A DNA stretch of 64,000 nt, taken from an uncultured Dyadobacter sp. GTDB lineage: Bacteria; Bacteroidota; Bacteroidia; Cytophagales; Spirosomataceae. A program made the translations under genes and the position numbers. The stretch covers positions 14,962 through 78,961 of the forward strand of contig CBFGMV010000026.1 in the NCBI GenBank assembly GCA_965649915.1. Direction: 5' to 3'. Below are positions 49,171 to 57,892 of this stretch, in pieces. A model generated the notes under the pieces. That model was not told the origin of the DNA, ran no database searches, and saw nothing but the letters and a program-made list of their open reading frames with translations. The stretch's first letter is position 1. Each line of letters begins with the position of its first letter.

Positions 49171-49297
49171 TATGAGAATATCACTTTTTTACCCGGAAAT
49201 GTATTTTTTCGGTCAATATAGTGACTTTACGTTAAAACCTATACCCTTATCTGTTGTTTTAAAATCTTTATCAAAAACCACCTGGAGCAGGATACTT

Positions 49298-49993
49298 TTA
49301 CACTGATTTTTCCAGGATCGGACGGAATACTTTAGTCCATCTTTTGTAACCTTCCTCGTTCATATGGAGGCTGTCACTCACGAAGATAGCACCATCTGGC
49401 CGACCGTTTTTGAGCATTACCGGCCATATATCGATATAATGGTGATTCTTGTCTTTCCTGATGAAATCCTGGATCAGCTTGTTTGCCTTGATAACGTCGT
49501 CGCGTTTCGCCCAGCGCGAGGGCGAGGGTTTGAGTGAGACCCCGTAGAGCTGCACGTCAGGTTGCTTTTCCCGGATCTTCCTGACCAGCGTCACATAAGC
49601 ATCCCTTACCTGTTCGGGCGATTTGGCTTTTTTGCCGAACATGTCGTTTTCGCAATAGATGACGATCGTTTTGGCCTTGTACTTGGTAACGGCGCGGTCG
49701 GCATAGTAAATTACCTCGGGCAACGTCGAACCGCCAAAGCCGCGATTGATGATCGGAAGCGGCGCGAGGTCTTTCGCGGCATTCTGCCATTTGGTAAATG
49801 AGGAGCTCCCTGTGAAAACAATTCCGCCCGGTGCGGGCATTTGCTCGGCGTCCTTTTTCTCAAATTCGAGAATCGCATTCTCTGAGCGATTCACCGCATA
49901 ATCGGGCTCCCAAGGGCCGGCGAGGTTGGATGATTGGGGTTTATGGCAGGCGCTGAATGCAGCGATGAAGACAATCAGAAGGTGTTTTTTCAT
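49298..49993 (-). CDS. GDSL/SGNH hydrolase lipoprotein, 231 aa
   Basis: Lipobox AFSA-C; FTGSSS, NRGFGGS, END, DSLH. Confidence 0.88.
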   Translation of the reverse strand: MKKHLLIVFIAAFSACHKPQSSNLAGPWEPDYAVNRSENAILEFEKKDAEQMPAPGGIVFTGSSSFTKWQNAAKDLAPLPIINRGFGGSTLPEVIYYADRAVTKYKAKTIVIYCENDMFGKKAKSPEQVRDAYVTLVRKIREKQPDVQLYGVSLKPSPSRWAKRDDVIKANKLIQDFIRKDKNHHYIDIWPVMLKNGRPDGAIFVSDSLHMNEEGYKRWTKVFRPILEKSV

Positions 49994-50001
49994 TACAAAA
50001 T

Positions 50002-50034
50002 AAAAGTGGATATGGCCATAAAAGCCATATCCAC
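50002..50034 (-). terminator. Intrinsic terminator
   Basis: GTGGATATGGC / GCCATATCCAC 11-bp stem with an A4 run on +. Confidence 0.75.
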
Positions 50035-50084
50035 GGGGTTTTTAATGTGTATAATTCTAAATTTTGCTTCCCGGAAAATCCATC

Positions 50085-50759
50085 CTAGTTCCGGAAGAAG
50101 TACCGCAGGCCCAGGGAGACGCTTGGAAGGGTGATCGTCGGCGACAATTTGTAATTGAAAACGTTGTAATCACTTTCGAAACCGGTATCCAGGTTTTCAC
50201 TTTTGCTCGTGGTATATCCTACCGAAAACAGATCCGCGAACCCGAGCGAGCCGGTAAGCCACCAGCGTTCGTTCAAAGTGTAATACGCCCCGGCCGAAAC
50301 GCCGAAAGGCAAAGTGAACGTATGGGCCCGCCGCTCGGTAACGCCATTGGATGTGTCGTAGGTTTTGGCATAAACATAGGTTACGTCGATACCAGGACCG
50401 CCAAACACCCCGAATTTGTCGTTAAAGTGCTTGTAGTACTGCCAGAAATAGCCTGCACTTGCTCCGAATTGTTTTATGCCGCTATCCCTTTCCCTGTTGC
50501 TGTTCGTATAAACGTCTGACTTACCCCCGCCCAGCGAGGTTCCCAGGTTCCATCCCCGGGCCATGTTCTGCGTTTTGAACTTACCGAAACTCGCATTGAA
50601 GTTATACCCGTAATCATTGCTCGATGCAGCCCGCTCGGGATTATTGTTTGAGAAATTGATGCCGGCAGTGGCGGATACAAATCGTTTGCCTTCATATTGT
50701 GCAAATGCTGCAGTGATCGAACATGCAACAAGAAGCCATGTAAATAACGTCTTTTTCAT
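50085..50759 (-). CDS. Outer-membrane beta-barrel protein (OmpA-like, ~8 strands), 224 aa
   Basis: Signal peptide ending AFAQ; alternating aromatic strands; C-terminal GLRYFF. Confidence 0.75.
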   Translation of the reverse strand: MKKTLFTWLLVACSITAAFAQYEGKRFVSATAGINFSNNNPERAASSNDYGYNFNASFGKFKTQNMARGWNLGTSLGGGKSDVYTNSNRERDSGIKQFGASAGYFWQYYKHFNDKFGVFGGPGIDVTYVYAKTYDTSNGVTERRAHTFTLPFGVSAGAYYTLNERWWLTGSLGFADLFSVGYTTSKSENLDTGFESDYNVFNYKLSPTITLPSVSLGLRYFFRN

Positions 50760-50766
50760 TTTCGAT

Positions 50767-51429
50767 TCAGTTTGATTTTGTGAGATACCATGAAGCCCTG
50801 ATGCTGAAATACTGCTGGATATTGGACGTGACGCCAGCAGAGAACCCGAAAGAGTTAGAGCTCGGGAAGTTGGAATACAGCAGGTTGAACGATAATACAT
50901 TTACGTCCGCTTCCAGCGCAAAGCGGGGCGTGACCCGGTAAACAATGCCGGGCAGGATATAAGCACCCGCAGCAAAGCCGTCGTCATGGTCTTTTTCACC
51001 GTTAGCGCTCTTACTTGCGCTCCTGATATAAGAGAAGTTCAGTCCTGGTTGCAGGAATAGGGCCCATTTGGGGTTGAGCGATTTGTACCGCCGGATAAAC
51101 GGGGAGAGCGTGAAGCTCATGTAGTTGTCATTCGCTTCGTAGTCGGAGTTGGTATCTTCCCGACTTCTTTTATTGAAATTGAAGTACGGACTGAAACGTA
51201 AGCCCAACATGGTATTGTCCCTGGTGAACTTCCCGAACTGAATGGCGGGACTCAGACTATGGTCGTTGAATTTGGCAGTCCCATAGTCATCACCTGCTTT
51301 ATGGGTTTGCAATGACCCTCCGAGACTGATCGTGGCGCCCCAGTGCTTTGTCCCCTTCTCAAATTGCGCTTCCGCTTTTCCTGCCAGCAAAAGCATTCCC
51401 GGCAGTAACAATAGAAAGTGTTTTTTCAT
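50767..51429 (-). CDS. Outer-membrane beta-barrel protein, 220 aa
   Basis: Signal peptide ending AEAQ; QFEKG..GATI, FIRRY, GIVY..TPRFALE, C-terminal ASWYL. Confidence 0.75.
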   Translation of the reverse strand: MKKHFLLLLPGMLLLAGKAEAQFEKGTKHWGATISLGGSLQTHKAGDDYGTAKFNDHSLSPAIQFGKFTRDNTMLGLRFSPYFNFNKRSREDTNSDYEANDNYMSFTLSPFIRRYKSLNPKWALFLQPGLNFSYIRSASKSANGEKDHDDGFAAGAYILPGIVYRVTPRFALEADVNVLSFNLLYSNFPSSNSFGFSAGVTSNIQQYFSIRASWYLTKSN

Positions 51430-51502
51430 GGTATATAAATTAATTTGTAGAAGCAATTTACATACGATTATGTAACCGCCTAATTATTTATATTTATTTA
51501 AC

Positions 51503-51536
51503 AAAAAAGAAGCAGCCAATGCGCCTGGCTGCTTCT
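51503..51536 (-). terminator. Terminator of the ATPase-TolC operon
   Basis: AGAAGCAGCCA / TGGCTGCTTCT 11-bp stem with an A6 run on +. Confidence 0.8.
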
Positions 51537-51583
51537 AAGTATTACCGATACCAAATTTAACCTAACAATCTTTAATGATTTAT

Positions 51584-51669
51584 GCTATAAGCTTTAAGCT
51601 CTAGGCTATAAGCAATCTTGTTTCTTTCCATTCCCGCCAGCTTACAGCTTATGGCCTATAGCTTAAAGC
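51584..51669. repeat. Two inverted arrays of degenerate heptamer repeats (GCTNTAR x4 each)
   Basis: GCTATAA GCTTTAA GCTCTAG GCTATAA GC, a 26-nt spacer, then GCTTACA GCTTATG GCCTATA GCTTAAA GC. Confidence 0.75.
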
Positions 51670-51672
51670 CCC

Positions 51673-52983
51673 CTAAAACACCCCCTGCCAATTGCCCTGG
51701 CGGTAGTATTGTAACAGCCTTTGCTGCATGAGGTAATCATATCTTGCCTGAATGGCAATGCCTTGTGCCTGGGCGAGTTTGGCTTTGGAAAGCGTGTATT
51801 CGAATATACTTGCTACCCCTGCATTGAACTTGCTTTCAACCACAGCGAACGCTGCCGCCAGCGATTCCACCTGACCTTCCGCGGCTGCGTGTTTGTCGGC
51901 CAGGGCGTTCAGGTTCAGCACGGCTGCTTCGATGGATTGCCGTAACTGCTGATTGGCGATGTCCAGCGTATTTTGTGCCTGACGTTCCTGCACTTTGGCC
52001 AGTTCGACACGCGGCCGGGTTACCCAGCGGCCCATGATCGGGATGTTCAGGCCGAGGTTAATATAACCACCACGGGTTGAATTCAGCTGCTTGAAGTAAT
52101 CGAAGTTATTGTTTGTCGAATAGAATGCCCGCACATTGGTGTTCAGGCTCAGAGACGGATAATTCAATGCCTTAATAGACTTGACGAGGTATTTGTAGCT
52201 CTGGCGGTTCAGTTCGGCGCTACGGATTTCTGGAAAATTCTTTACGGCATTTTCGTACAACTCGGTCGAATTGGCCACGGTGGGCACCACATTTTCCTTA
52301 GGTAGCAGCGGCTCGAACTCTACATTGTCGTCGGGTGTGATATTGATCCGCTGGAACAACGCGAGACGTGCCGTGCGGTAATTGCTGAGTGCCGTTACCT
52401 GCAGGAATTTGTCGTTGGCAAGCTGGGCTTTGATTTCTGCGAAAAGATTATTTCCCGCTGTCCCTGCATTCACCTGTTTCTGCACCTTATCCACTTGTTG
52501 TTGTGATGACGCGACCTGCTCGTCTGCGGCTTCGAGCAATGCTTTCGTCGCCAGTACATTCACGTAACCTTGCATGAGCAGGACAGTCTGGGCGTTCAGC
52601 ACCGCCGTCCGGTTTTCCATGGCCGACTCTTTAAGCAGGGTGCCCTGGCGGGTTTGGTTTTGCAGCTTTCCTCCCTGGTAAACCGGCATCTGAAACCCGG
52701 TCTGAAGCGAATTATAGCTGTAAAGCTGGTCAATATACGTATTGGTGTACTGGTCGATACTACGGCCGAGATTCAAACTTTGGTCGGCTGTGATATAGAT
52801 CTGCGGGAGGATCTGGGATTTGGTCTGCCGCAACTGGGCCTGAGCAGCTTCGGCTTGCAGGCTTCCCTGCTGATAGAGCAGGTTGTTTTTTGCCAACAGA
52901 TCAACGCATTCGGCGAGACTGAGTTTGGCCTGTCCCTGCCCCAGAAGCGGCAAAAGGCAAAGAAGTAAAATTAAACGTTTCAT
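51673..52983 (-). CDS. TolC-family outer membrane efflux protein, 436 aa
   Basis: Signal peptide; LSL.ECV..LAKNN, QMPVYQG, KFNAG.AS.FE...K, ARYDY; two helical repeats. Confidence 0.9.
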   Translation of the reverse strand: MKRLILLLCLLPLLGQGQAKLSLAECVDLLAKNNLLYQQGSLQAEAAQAQLRQTKSQILPQIYITADQSLNLGRSIDQYTNTYIDQLYSYNSLQTGFQMPVYQGGKLQNQTRQGTLLKESAMENRTAVLNAQTVLLMQGYVNVLATKALLEAADEQVASSQQQVDKVQKQVNAGTAGNNLFAEIKAQLANDKFLQVTALSNYRTARLALFQRINITPDDNVEFEPLLPKENVVPTVANSTELYENAVKNFPEIRSAELNRQSYKYLVKSIKALNYPSLSLNTNVRAFYSTNNNFDYFKQLNSTRGGYINLGLNIPIMGRWVTRPRVELAKVQERQAQNTLDIANQQLRQSIEAAVLNLNALADKHAAAEGQVESLAAAFAVVESKFNAGVASIFEYTLSKAKLAQAQGIAIQARYDYLMQQRLLQYYRQGNWQGVF

Positions 52984-53002
52984 GGCTAATAGATGAGTTA
53001 GG

Positions 53003-53665
53003 TTATGCCAGCCAGCCGTCCTTCAAGCGTACGATTCGGTTACCATATCCTGCATTGGTTTCCGAATGAGTGACCTGCACGATTGTGACTTTGTCTTCCT
53101 GGTTGAGTTTTTGAAATAATTCCATGATTTCGATCGCCTGTTCCGAATGGAGGTTTCCCGTCGGTTCATCGGCAAAAATGACTTTTGGGTTGTGTACGAT
53201 CGCACGGGCTACGCCCACGAGCTGCTGCTGTCCACCGGAAAGCTGGTGGGGAAAAAGATCCTTTTTTGCCACCATATTGAAGCGGTCGAGTAACTCCGCT
53301 ACACGGCTTTTGCGTTCAGACGATCCGGTGCCTTTGTATAAAAGCGGTGTTTCGATGTTTTCATATACAGTCAGCTCATCGATCAGGTGATAAGCCTGGA
53401 ATACAAAACCGATGTGGTGACGGTGCAATTCGGTACGCTTTTTCTCGGACAATTTCTGAACCGGTTCATCCAGAAAGAGGTATTCGCCTTCCGATGGTTC
53501 TTCCAGCAAACCGAGGATATGTAACAGGGTGGATTTGCCTGATCCGGAGGGGCCCATGATCGAAATAAATTCACCTTCCTTGATATTCAGATCAATGTGA
53601 CGCAAAACGTATGTCTTGCCAAAACCCGCGGGATAATACTTTGATATTTTTTCTAACTGGATCAT
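53003..53665 (-). CDS. ABC transporter ATP-binding protein (MacB/LolD-type), ~220 aa
   Basis: Walker A GPSGSGKST, GFVFQ, LSGGQQQ, ADEPTGNL, VTH. Confidence 0.95.
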   Translation of the reverse strand: MIQLEKISKYYPAGFGKTYVLRHIDLNIKEGEFISIMGPSGSGKSTLLHILGLLEEPSEGEYLFLDEPVQKLSEKKRTELHRHHIGFVFQAYHLIDELTVYENIETPLLYKGTGSSERKSRVAELLDRFNMVAKKDLFPHQLSGGQQQLVGVARAIVHNPKVIFADEPTGNLHSEQAIEIMELFQKLNQEDKVTIVQVTHSETNAGYGNRIVRLKDGWLA

Positions 53666-53733
53666 AAAGAATATTGGGTTTGAGATTTGCGGCCTAATTA
53701 CGGACAACCCGCTTGAAAATCAAATGCTGACCG

Positions 53734-53862
53734 GCATCTCGTATGCCAAACCTGGTTTAAAAAGGCTTGCCAAAATTGTAAAGCATTGATTATCATATCA
53801 TATTGAATAGGTTTTCAAATGATTACGTCCGATAGCGCACACATTTTGTACGCTATCGGACG
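53734..53862 (-). promoter_or_regulatory. Sigma54-type promoter with IHF-like site and paired upstream activator palindromes
   Basis: On minus: TTTGGCATACGAGATGC (GG-N10-GC, 53750-53734) and AATCAATGCTTTA (53791-53779). Palindromic sites CGTCCG-N4-CGCACA (53826-41) and TGTACG-N4-CGGACG (53847-62). Confidence 0.7.
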
Positions 53863-53895
53863 GTCATGATCGGGCAGCCGGTGAAACCCGCTGGC

Positions 53896-56304
53896 CTATT
53901 CTGAGCGGAGTGCCAGCACGGGATCGATGGCGGCAGCCCGCAGCCCCTGCATGAATACCGTGACCATTGCGATCACGATCGAAGCGCCGCCCGACACCGC
54001 GGATATCCACCACGCCACACCGGCGTGATAGGCGAAATTTTCGAGCCATTTCTGCATCAGGTAATGTCCGGCAGGCAAAGCAATGAGTATGGAGATTGCT
54101 ATGATTTTGATAAATGTCCTGGAAAAAAGGAGAGCGATTTCCGGGCCCGAAGCACCGAGCGCAATGCGGATCCCTGTCTCCCGACGTCGTTGCGCTACGG
54201 CCAGGTGTGCCAGTCCGAACAACCCCAGGCCGCATATGATTATGGCGATCACCGTCACCAGCGTGATCATATGCTGCCATCGCTGTTCCATTGCGTAGGC
54301 CCGGGCATTGCTGTCGCTCAGAAAAGCGTAGTTGAAAACTGCATTGGGAAGAAGCTTTTTAAATGTTGCTTCCAGTTTTTGAATGGTTTGCTGCTGGTCT
54401 TTTTGAGCGATTTTGATCCATAAAGCACCTCCATCGTAATGCGTGCTCATCGGCATCACCATGGGGCCGATCCGCTCCTTTAATGAGCTGTAATGGAAAT
54501 CGTCGACCACACCAACGATGGTAAAACCCTCTTTGCCAAAATAGGAGTCCGGGAAAAGGGTGGCGCCGACCGGATTCTTCAAACCTGCCTTTTTAACAAA
54601 TGCTTCATTTACCAAAACGCCCGATTTGCTATCAGACCCAAACTGCGATGAAAAATTCCGGCCGGAACTAAATTTCATTTCCAACATAGGCGCATACAAA
54701 GCATCAATGGTGCGCATGAAACTCATGAATTTCCGACCATTGATTTCGACATCCCGGTTCCCAAATTCACCCGCCAGTGAAATGGCCCGGATCGCCGGTT
54801 CGTAGGCAAGCTCATGCCTGAACCGCGCCGTAATATGCTGTACATTACGCACACCCTGGATATCGATTTTTACGACCTGATCGGGGTTGTAACCCAGACT
54901 TTTGGAACGGATGAAATGCATTTGCCTGTAAAAAACCAGGCTGGCGGTACCCAGCAGGATAGCTGTTGCAAACTGGACGATCATCAGGATCTTGCCGACC
55001 GGGTTCCGTGAGGATATGCTTATTTTCTGATACAACGTAGCCACGGGAGTCAGCCTGGAAAGCAGCCAGGCGGGATAAAAAGCCGCGCAGAGCATGTTAA
55101 TGAGGAAAATTCCCGCAAGCCATGCTAGTAACACCGGCGTAAAAAGCAGGGAGCTGGGTATCTCTTTTTGAGCTAATTGATTGAAAGCGGGAAGCAGGGA
55201 CCAGGCGATGAGGATAGCGAGCAGCATAGCCGCAGCCACAACAATGGCAGATTCACCCATAAACTGAGCGATGATCCCGGCGCGCCCTCCTCCCGTCGCT
55301 TTCCGTATGCCCACCTCCTTCGCCCGTTTCACGGACGAAGCGATCGTCAGGTTGATAAAGTTAGTGCTTGCCATCAGCAGGATAAAGGAAGCAATGCCGA
55401 GAAAAATGTAGGAATACACGGAACGGCTCCCATTGACAATACCCGATTCACCGTTCTGGTTGGCTATTTCCTGGGGATTAAAGTGAATGTCGGTCATGCT
55501 TTGTAACCCATAAGTAATGGGGGAGGCCTCCGGGTTTTCTTTGCGTTGCGTTTGTGAAAGGGAAAACGCGATGCGGTTGAGTTTAATAATGATTTCGTCC
55601 GGTCGGGCATCAGGGCGAAGCACCAGAAAGGTTCCGAGATAGGCATTCAGCCAGCTCGTATCGTCAAATGAAACCTTCATGAATTCGAAGGGAAATAATA
55701 TGTCAAACTGGATGGACGAATGGGATGGAGGATCTTCCGCCACACCAGCGATGACTAATGGCTTGCCGATGCGCATAGCGGAGGGATCTGCATCCATTTC
55801 CAGGATTTCGCCTGTGACGTCCGTGCGGCCGAAGAATTTAAGCGCTGTTTTCCGCGTAATTATTACCGAATTGACGTTTTGCAAAGCGGTTCGGGGATTG
55901 CCTTCCACCAGCGGGAATGTGAAAACATCCAGAAAGGAGCTATCGACGAACAGCAATTGCAGCTTGAATGCATTATGCCCGTGACGCACGTCCCCGAAAA
56001 TTTCCCCGCCCATTACGCGTGTATAATGCATGATCCCCGGTACCTGCGCCTGAAATGCAGGGCCTTGCACTTGTCCGGTGCCGCCGGTGGTCACCATCTG
56101 GCCATGGTCCCGGTAGGTGCTGGTGATGCGATACAGGTTCGGGTTGTTTTGGTGAAAATGGTCAAAACGCTGTTCGTCGGTGATATATAGGGCTGCAAAA
56201 AGGACGCAGCAGGTACCGGTGGTCAGCCCGGTAATATTAATAAGGGCGTACAGCCTCGTTTGCCAGAGCTGACGTCCGGCAACTTTCAGAAAAGTTTTAA
56301 ACAT
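53896..56304 (-). CDS. MacB/FtsX-type ABC permease, 802 aa (divergent)
   Basis: MFKTFLKVAGR, NFINL..KRAKEVGIRK, QRRRETGIRIALGAS, DPVLALRSE. Confidence 0.9.
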   Translation of the reverse strand: MFKTFLKVAGRQLWQTRLYALINITGLTTGTCCVLFAALYITDEQRFDHFHQNNPNLYRITSTYRDHGQMVTTGGTGQVQGPAFQAQVPGIMHYTRVMGGEIFGDVRHGHNAFKLQLLFVDSSFLDVFTFPLVEGNPRTALQNVNSVIITRKTALKFFGRTDVTGEILEMDADPSAMRIGKPLVIAGVAEDPPSHSSIQFDILFPFEFMKVSFDDTSWLNAYLGTFLVLRPDARPDEIIIKLNRIAFSLSQTQRKENPEASPITYGLQSMTDIHFNPQEIANQNGESGIVNGSRSVYSYIFLGIASFILLMASTNFINLTIASSVKRAKEVGIRKATGGGRAGIIAQFMGESAIVVAAAMLLAILIAWSLLPAFNQLAQKEIPSSLLFTPVLLAWLAGIFLINMLCAAFYPAWLLSRLTPVATLYQKISISSRNPVGKILMIVQFATAILLGTASLVFYRQMHFIRSKSLGYNPDQVVKIDIQGVRNVQHITARFRHELAYEPAIRAISLAGEFGNRDVEINGRKFMSFMRTIDALYAPMLEMKFSSGRNFSSQFGSDSKSGVLVNEAFVKKAGLKNPVGATLFPDSYFGKEGFTIVGVVDDFHYSSLKERIGPMVMPMSTHYDGGALWIKIAQKDQQQTIQKLEATFKKLLPNAVFNYAFLSDSNARAYAMEQRWQHMITLVTVIAIIICGLGLFGLAHLAVAQRRRETGIRIALGASGPEIALLFSRTFIKIIAISILIALPAGHYLMQKWLENFAYHAGVAWWISAVSGGASIVIAMVTVFMQGLRAAAIDPVLALRSE

Positions 56305-56310
56305 GTTTTC

Positions 56311-57198
56311 TCAGGAATGGACTTCCATTTTGTAGCCAACACCGTGGATGGCGGAGATTTTGATCAGCGGATCGGGGACCAGCATTTTGCGGAGGCGGGA
56401 AACAAACACATCGACGCTGCGACCTACCGTAACACCCTCATCCTCCCATACTGATTTGAGGATCGTATCCCTTTCCAGAACCTGGTTGGTGTTTCGGGCG
56501 AATAGCGCCAGCAATTTGGTTTCGCGGTAAGTCAGCGCCTGCATGGCCGTTCCTGTGTGGAGGGTCTGGTTAGTAATATCGAGCCACGAACCGCCGAAGG
56601 TGAGTCGGGGAGTAGGCCCGGATACGGCCTGCGCGATCGGTTGATGCGTTTTCTTATTCCTTGACCGGCTCCATACGATAAAACCGAGCCCGGCGGCAGT
56701 GACCCCCAACGACAAGAAGATCCAATTGCTTCCGGCGGATTTTGGGACTGTCGTTTCGGGTGTAAAGCGCACCTGCAGGATATAGCAGCCGTCCTCATGA
56801 GCGCGGCTGCGGCAGGGGACACCTCCCGGCTGCGTGAGGTCCATCAGCTGATAGCCTAATACGACCTCGCTGTTTTCACAACGGGTCACCATGACGTTGT
56901 AGGAAAGCTTCACACGGTGCATTTGCAACGACTCCTGCAAGGTTTCTGGCAGCTTATCATAGTCGAACATATGCTGCATTTGCACCGAAAACGTATGCGC
57001 ATCGGTTTGTTTCACAGGGGGGATCTGAGACAGCGAATCGCCGTTGGCAATCAGAAGTCGGTGAGCCGTCCGGCGGAGGGCGAGGTTAACATGCTCCGAG
57101 AAGCGGACGGCATCGTTGTTGGCCATAGCAATGATGCCGGGGCCCAGCAGCAGGCCCCACAAACCCATTAATGCCAGAACTAGATTTGAATTGCGCAT
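56311..57198 (-). CDS. Membrane-anchored one-component regulator: periplasmic domain + TM + C-terminal OmpR/PhoB winged helix, ~295 aa
   Basis: N-terminal hydrophobic segment, three Cys, TM WIFLSLGVTAAGLGFIVW, then LTYRE..LL..F..N.NQVLER..I...VW..GRSVDVFVSRLRK.L..I..I.GVGYK; no receiver domain. Confidence 0.85.
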   Translation of the reverse strand: MRNSNLVLALMGLWGLLLGPGIIAMANNDAVRFSEHVNLALRRTAHRLLIANGDSLSQIPPVKQTDAHTFSVQMQHMFDYDKLPETLQESLQMHRVKLSYNVMVTRCENSEVVLGYQLMDLTQPGGVPCRSRAHEDGCYILQVRFTPETTVPKSAGSNWIFLSLGVTAAGLGFIVWSRSRNKKTHQPIAQAVSGPTPRLTFGGSWLDITNQTLHTGTAMQALTYRETKLLALFARNTNQVLERDTILKSVWEDEGVTVGRSVDVFVSRLRKMLVPDPLIKISAIHGVGYKMEVHS

Positions 57199-57233
57199 AG
57201 CAGAGAGAATGCTTCTATCAAATTTACGGAATT

Positions 57234-57695
57234 TCAGCAATTGTCCTTTTTACCAATCCACCCATTGAGCCAATTAAATTGCGGAACGACCTGGGTGTTA
57301 TTCACAATAATAGTTCGCCTCGCGGTCTTGTCGTTCTGATTGGCCGGGTCTATAATGAGTTCGTCGCCTGCGCGGGCGGATTTGAGTACTTCCGCTATAT
57401 CATAATGCGACACCGCATAATTGTGCGCATAAGCCTGGGCGTCCACGATCTTGCCATCCCTCCTCAGGTAGATGTAAAAAGGGATAACCTGTCCTTTATC
57501 GGACGACTTGCTGTTCACGGAAAGTGAAATAACGCCACGGCTCACACCCGAGAGTTGCCTGGTATCGATTGTTTTTCCATTCAGCAACAAGGCAATGCTT
57601 CGCACGGAATCGTCGGCTTTGGGCAGTGCGACCGACGCGTGCAATGCGCAAAGCAGGACCACAGCCGGAATAATTTGCAGGAATTTGTTTTGCAT
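57234..57695 (-). CDS. Hypothetical secreted protein, ~153 aa
   Basis: Signal-like N-terminus (MQNKFLQIIPAVVLLCALHA); co-oriented, 35 nt upstream of the regulator. Confidence 0.7.
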   Translation of the reverse strand: MQNKFLQIIPAVVLLCALHASVALPKADDSVRSIALLLNGKTIDTRQLSGVSRGVISLSVNSKSSDKGQVIPFYIYLRRDGKIVDAQAYAHNYAVSHYDIAEVLKSARAGDELIIDPANQNDKTARRTIIVNNTQVVPQFNWLNGWIGKKDNC

Positions 57696-57770
57696 AATTT
57701 TTGATCGTCTAAGGATGAAGTTACCAATGGTCAAAATTACCGGTCGCATAACGGGGCTGGTCATTATGCC

Positions 57771-57801
57771 TGTAAAACATTGTAAACGAATTGTAAAACA
57801 T
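57771..57801. promoter_or_regulatory. Three direct repeats TGTAAA at 10-11 bp spacing (OmpR-type binding array)
   Basis: TGTAAAACAT TGTAAACGAAT TGTAAAACAT. Confidence 0.6.
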
Positions 57802-57892
57802 TAGATCCGGCGTTGGTAAGGGTAGTAAATGGCGGCCGGAGAGGATTTCGCATTAATTTTCGGTTAAAGCAGAACATTATGGCCGATTCCGG

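Noticed and set aside
47827-49297. FGGY kinase as direct target of the LacI at 35258
   Set aside because: No GTGTWCGWACAC-like site was found in its 127-bp upstream region, and the link is unsupported.
51572-51631. 19-codon ORF (MERNKIAYSLELKAYSINH) on minus in the tolC 3' region
   Set aside because: It is largely a translation of the heptamer repeats, with no other support.
51584-51669. CRISPR-like array
   Set aside because: Units are 7 bp with no unique spacers, and no cas genes are present.
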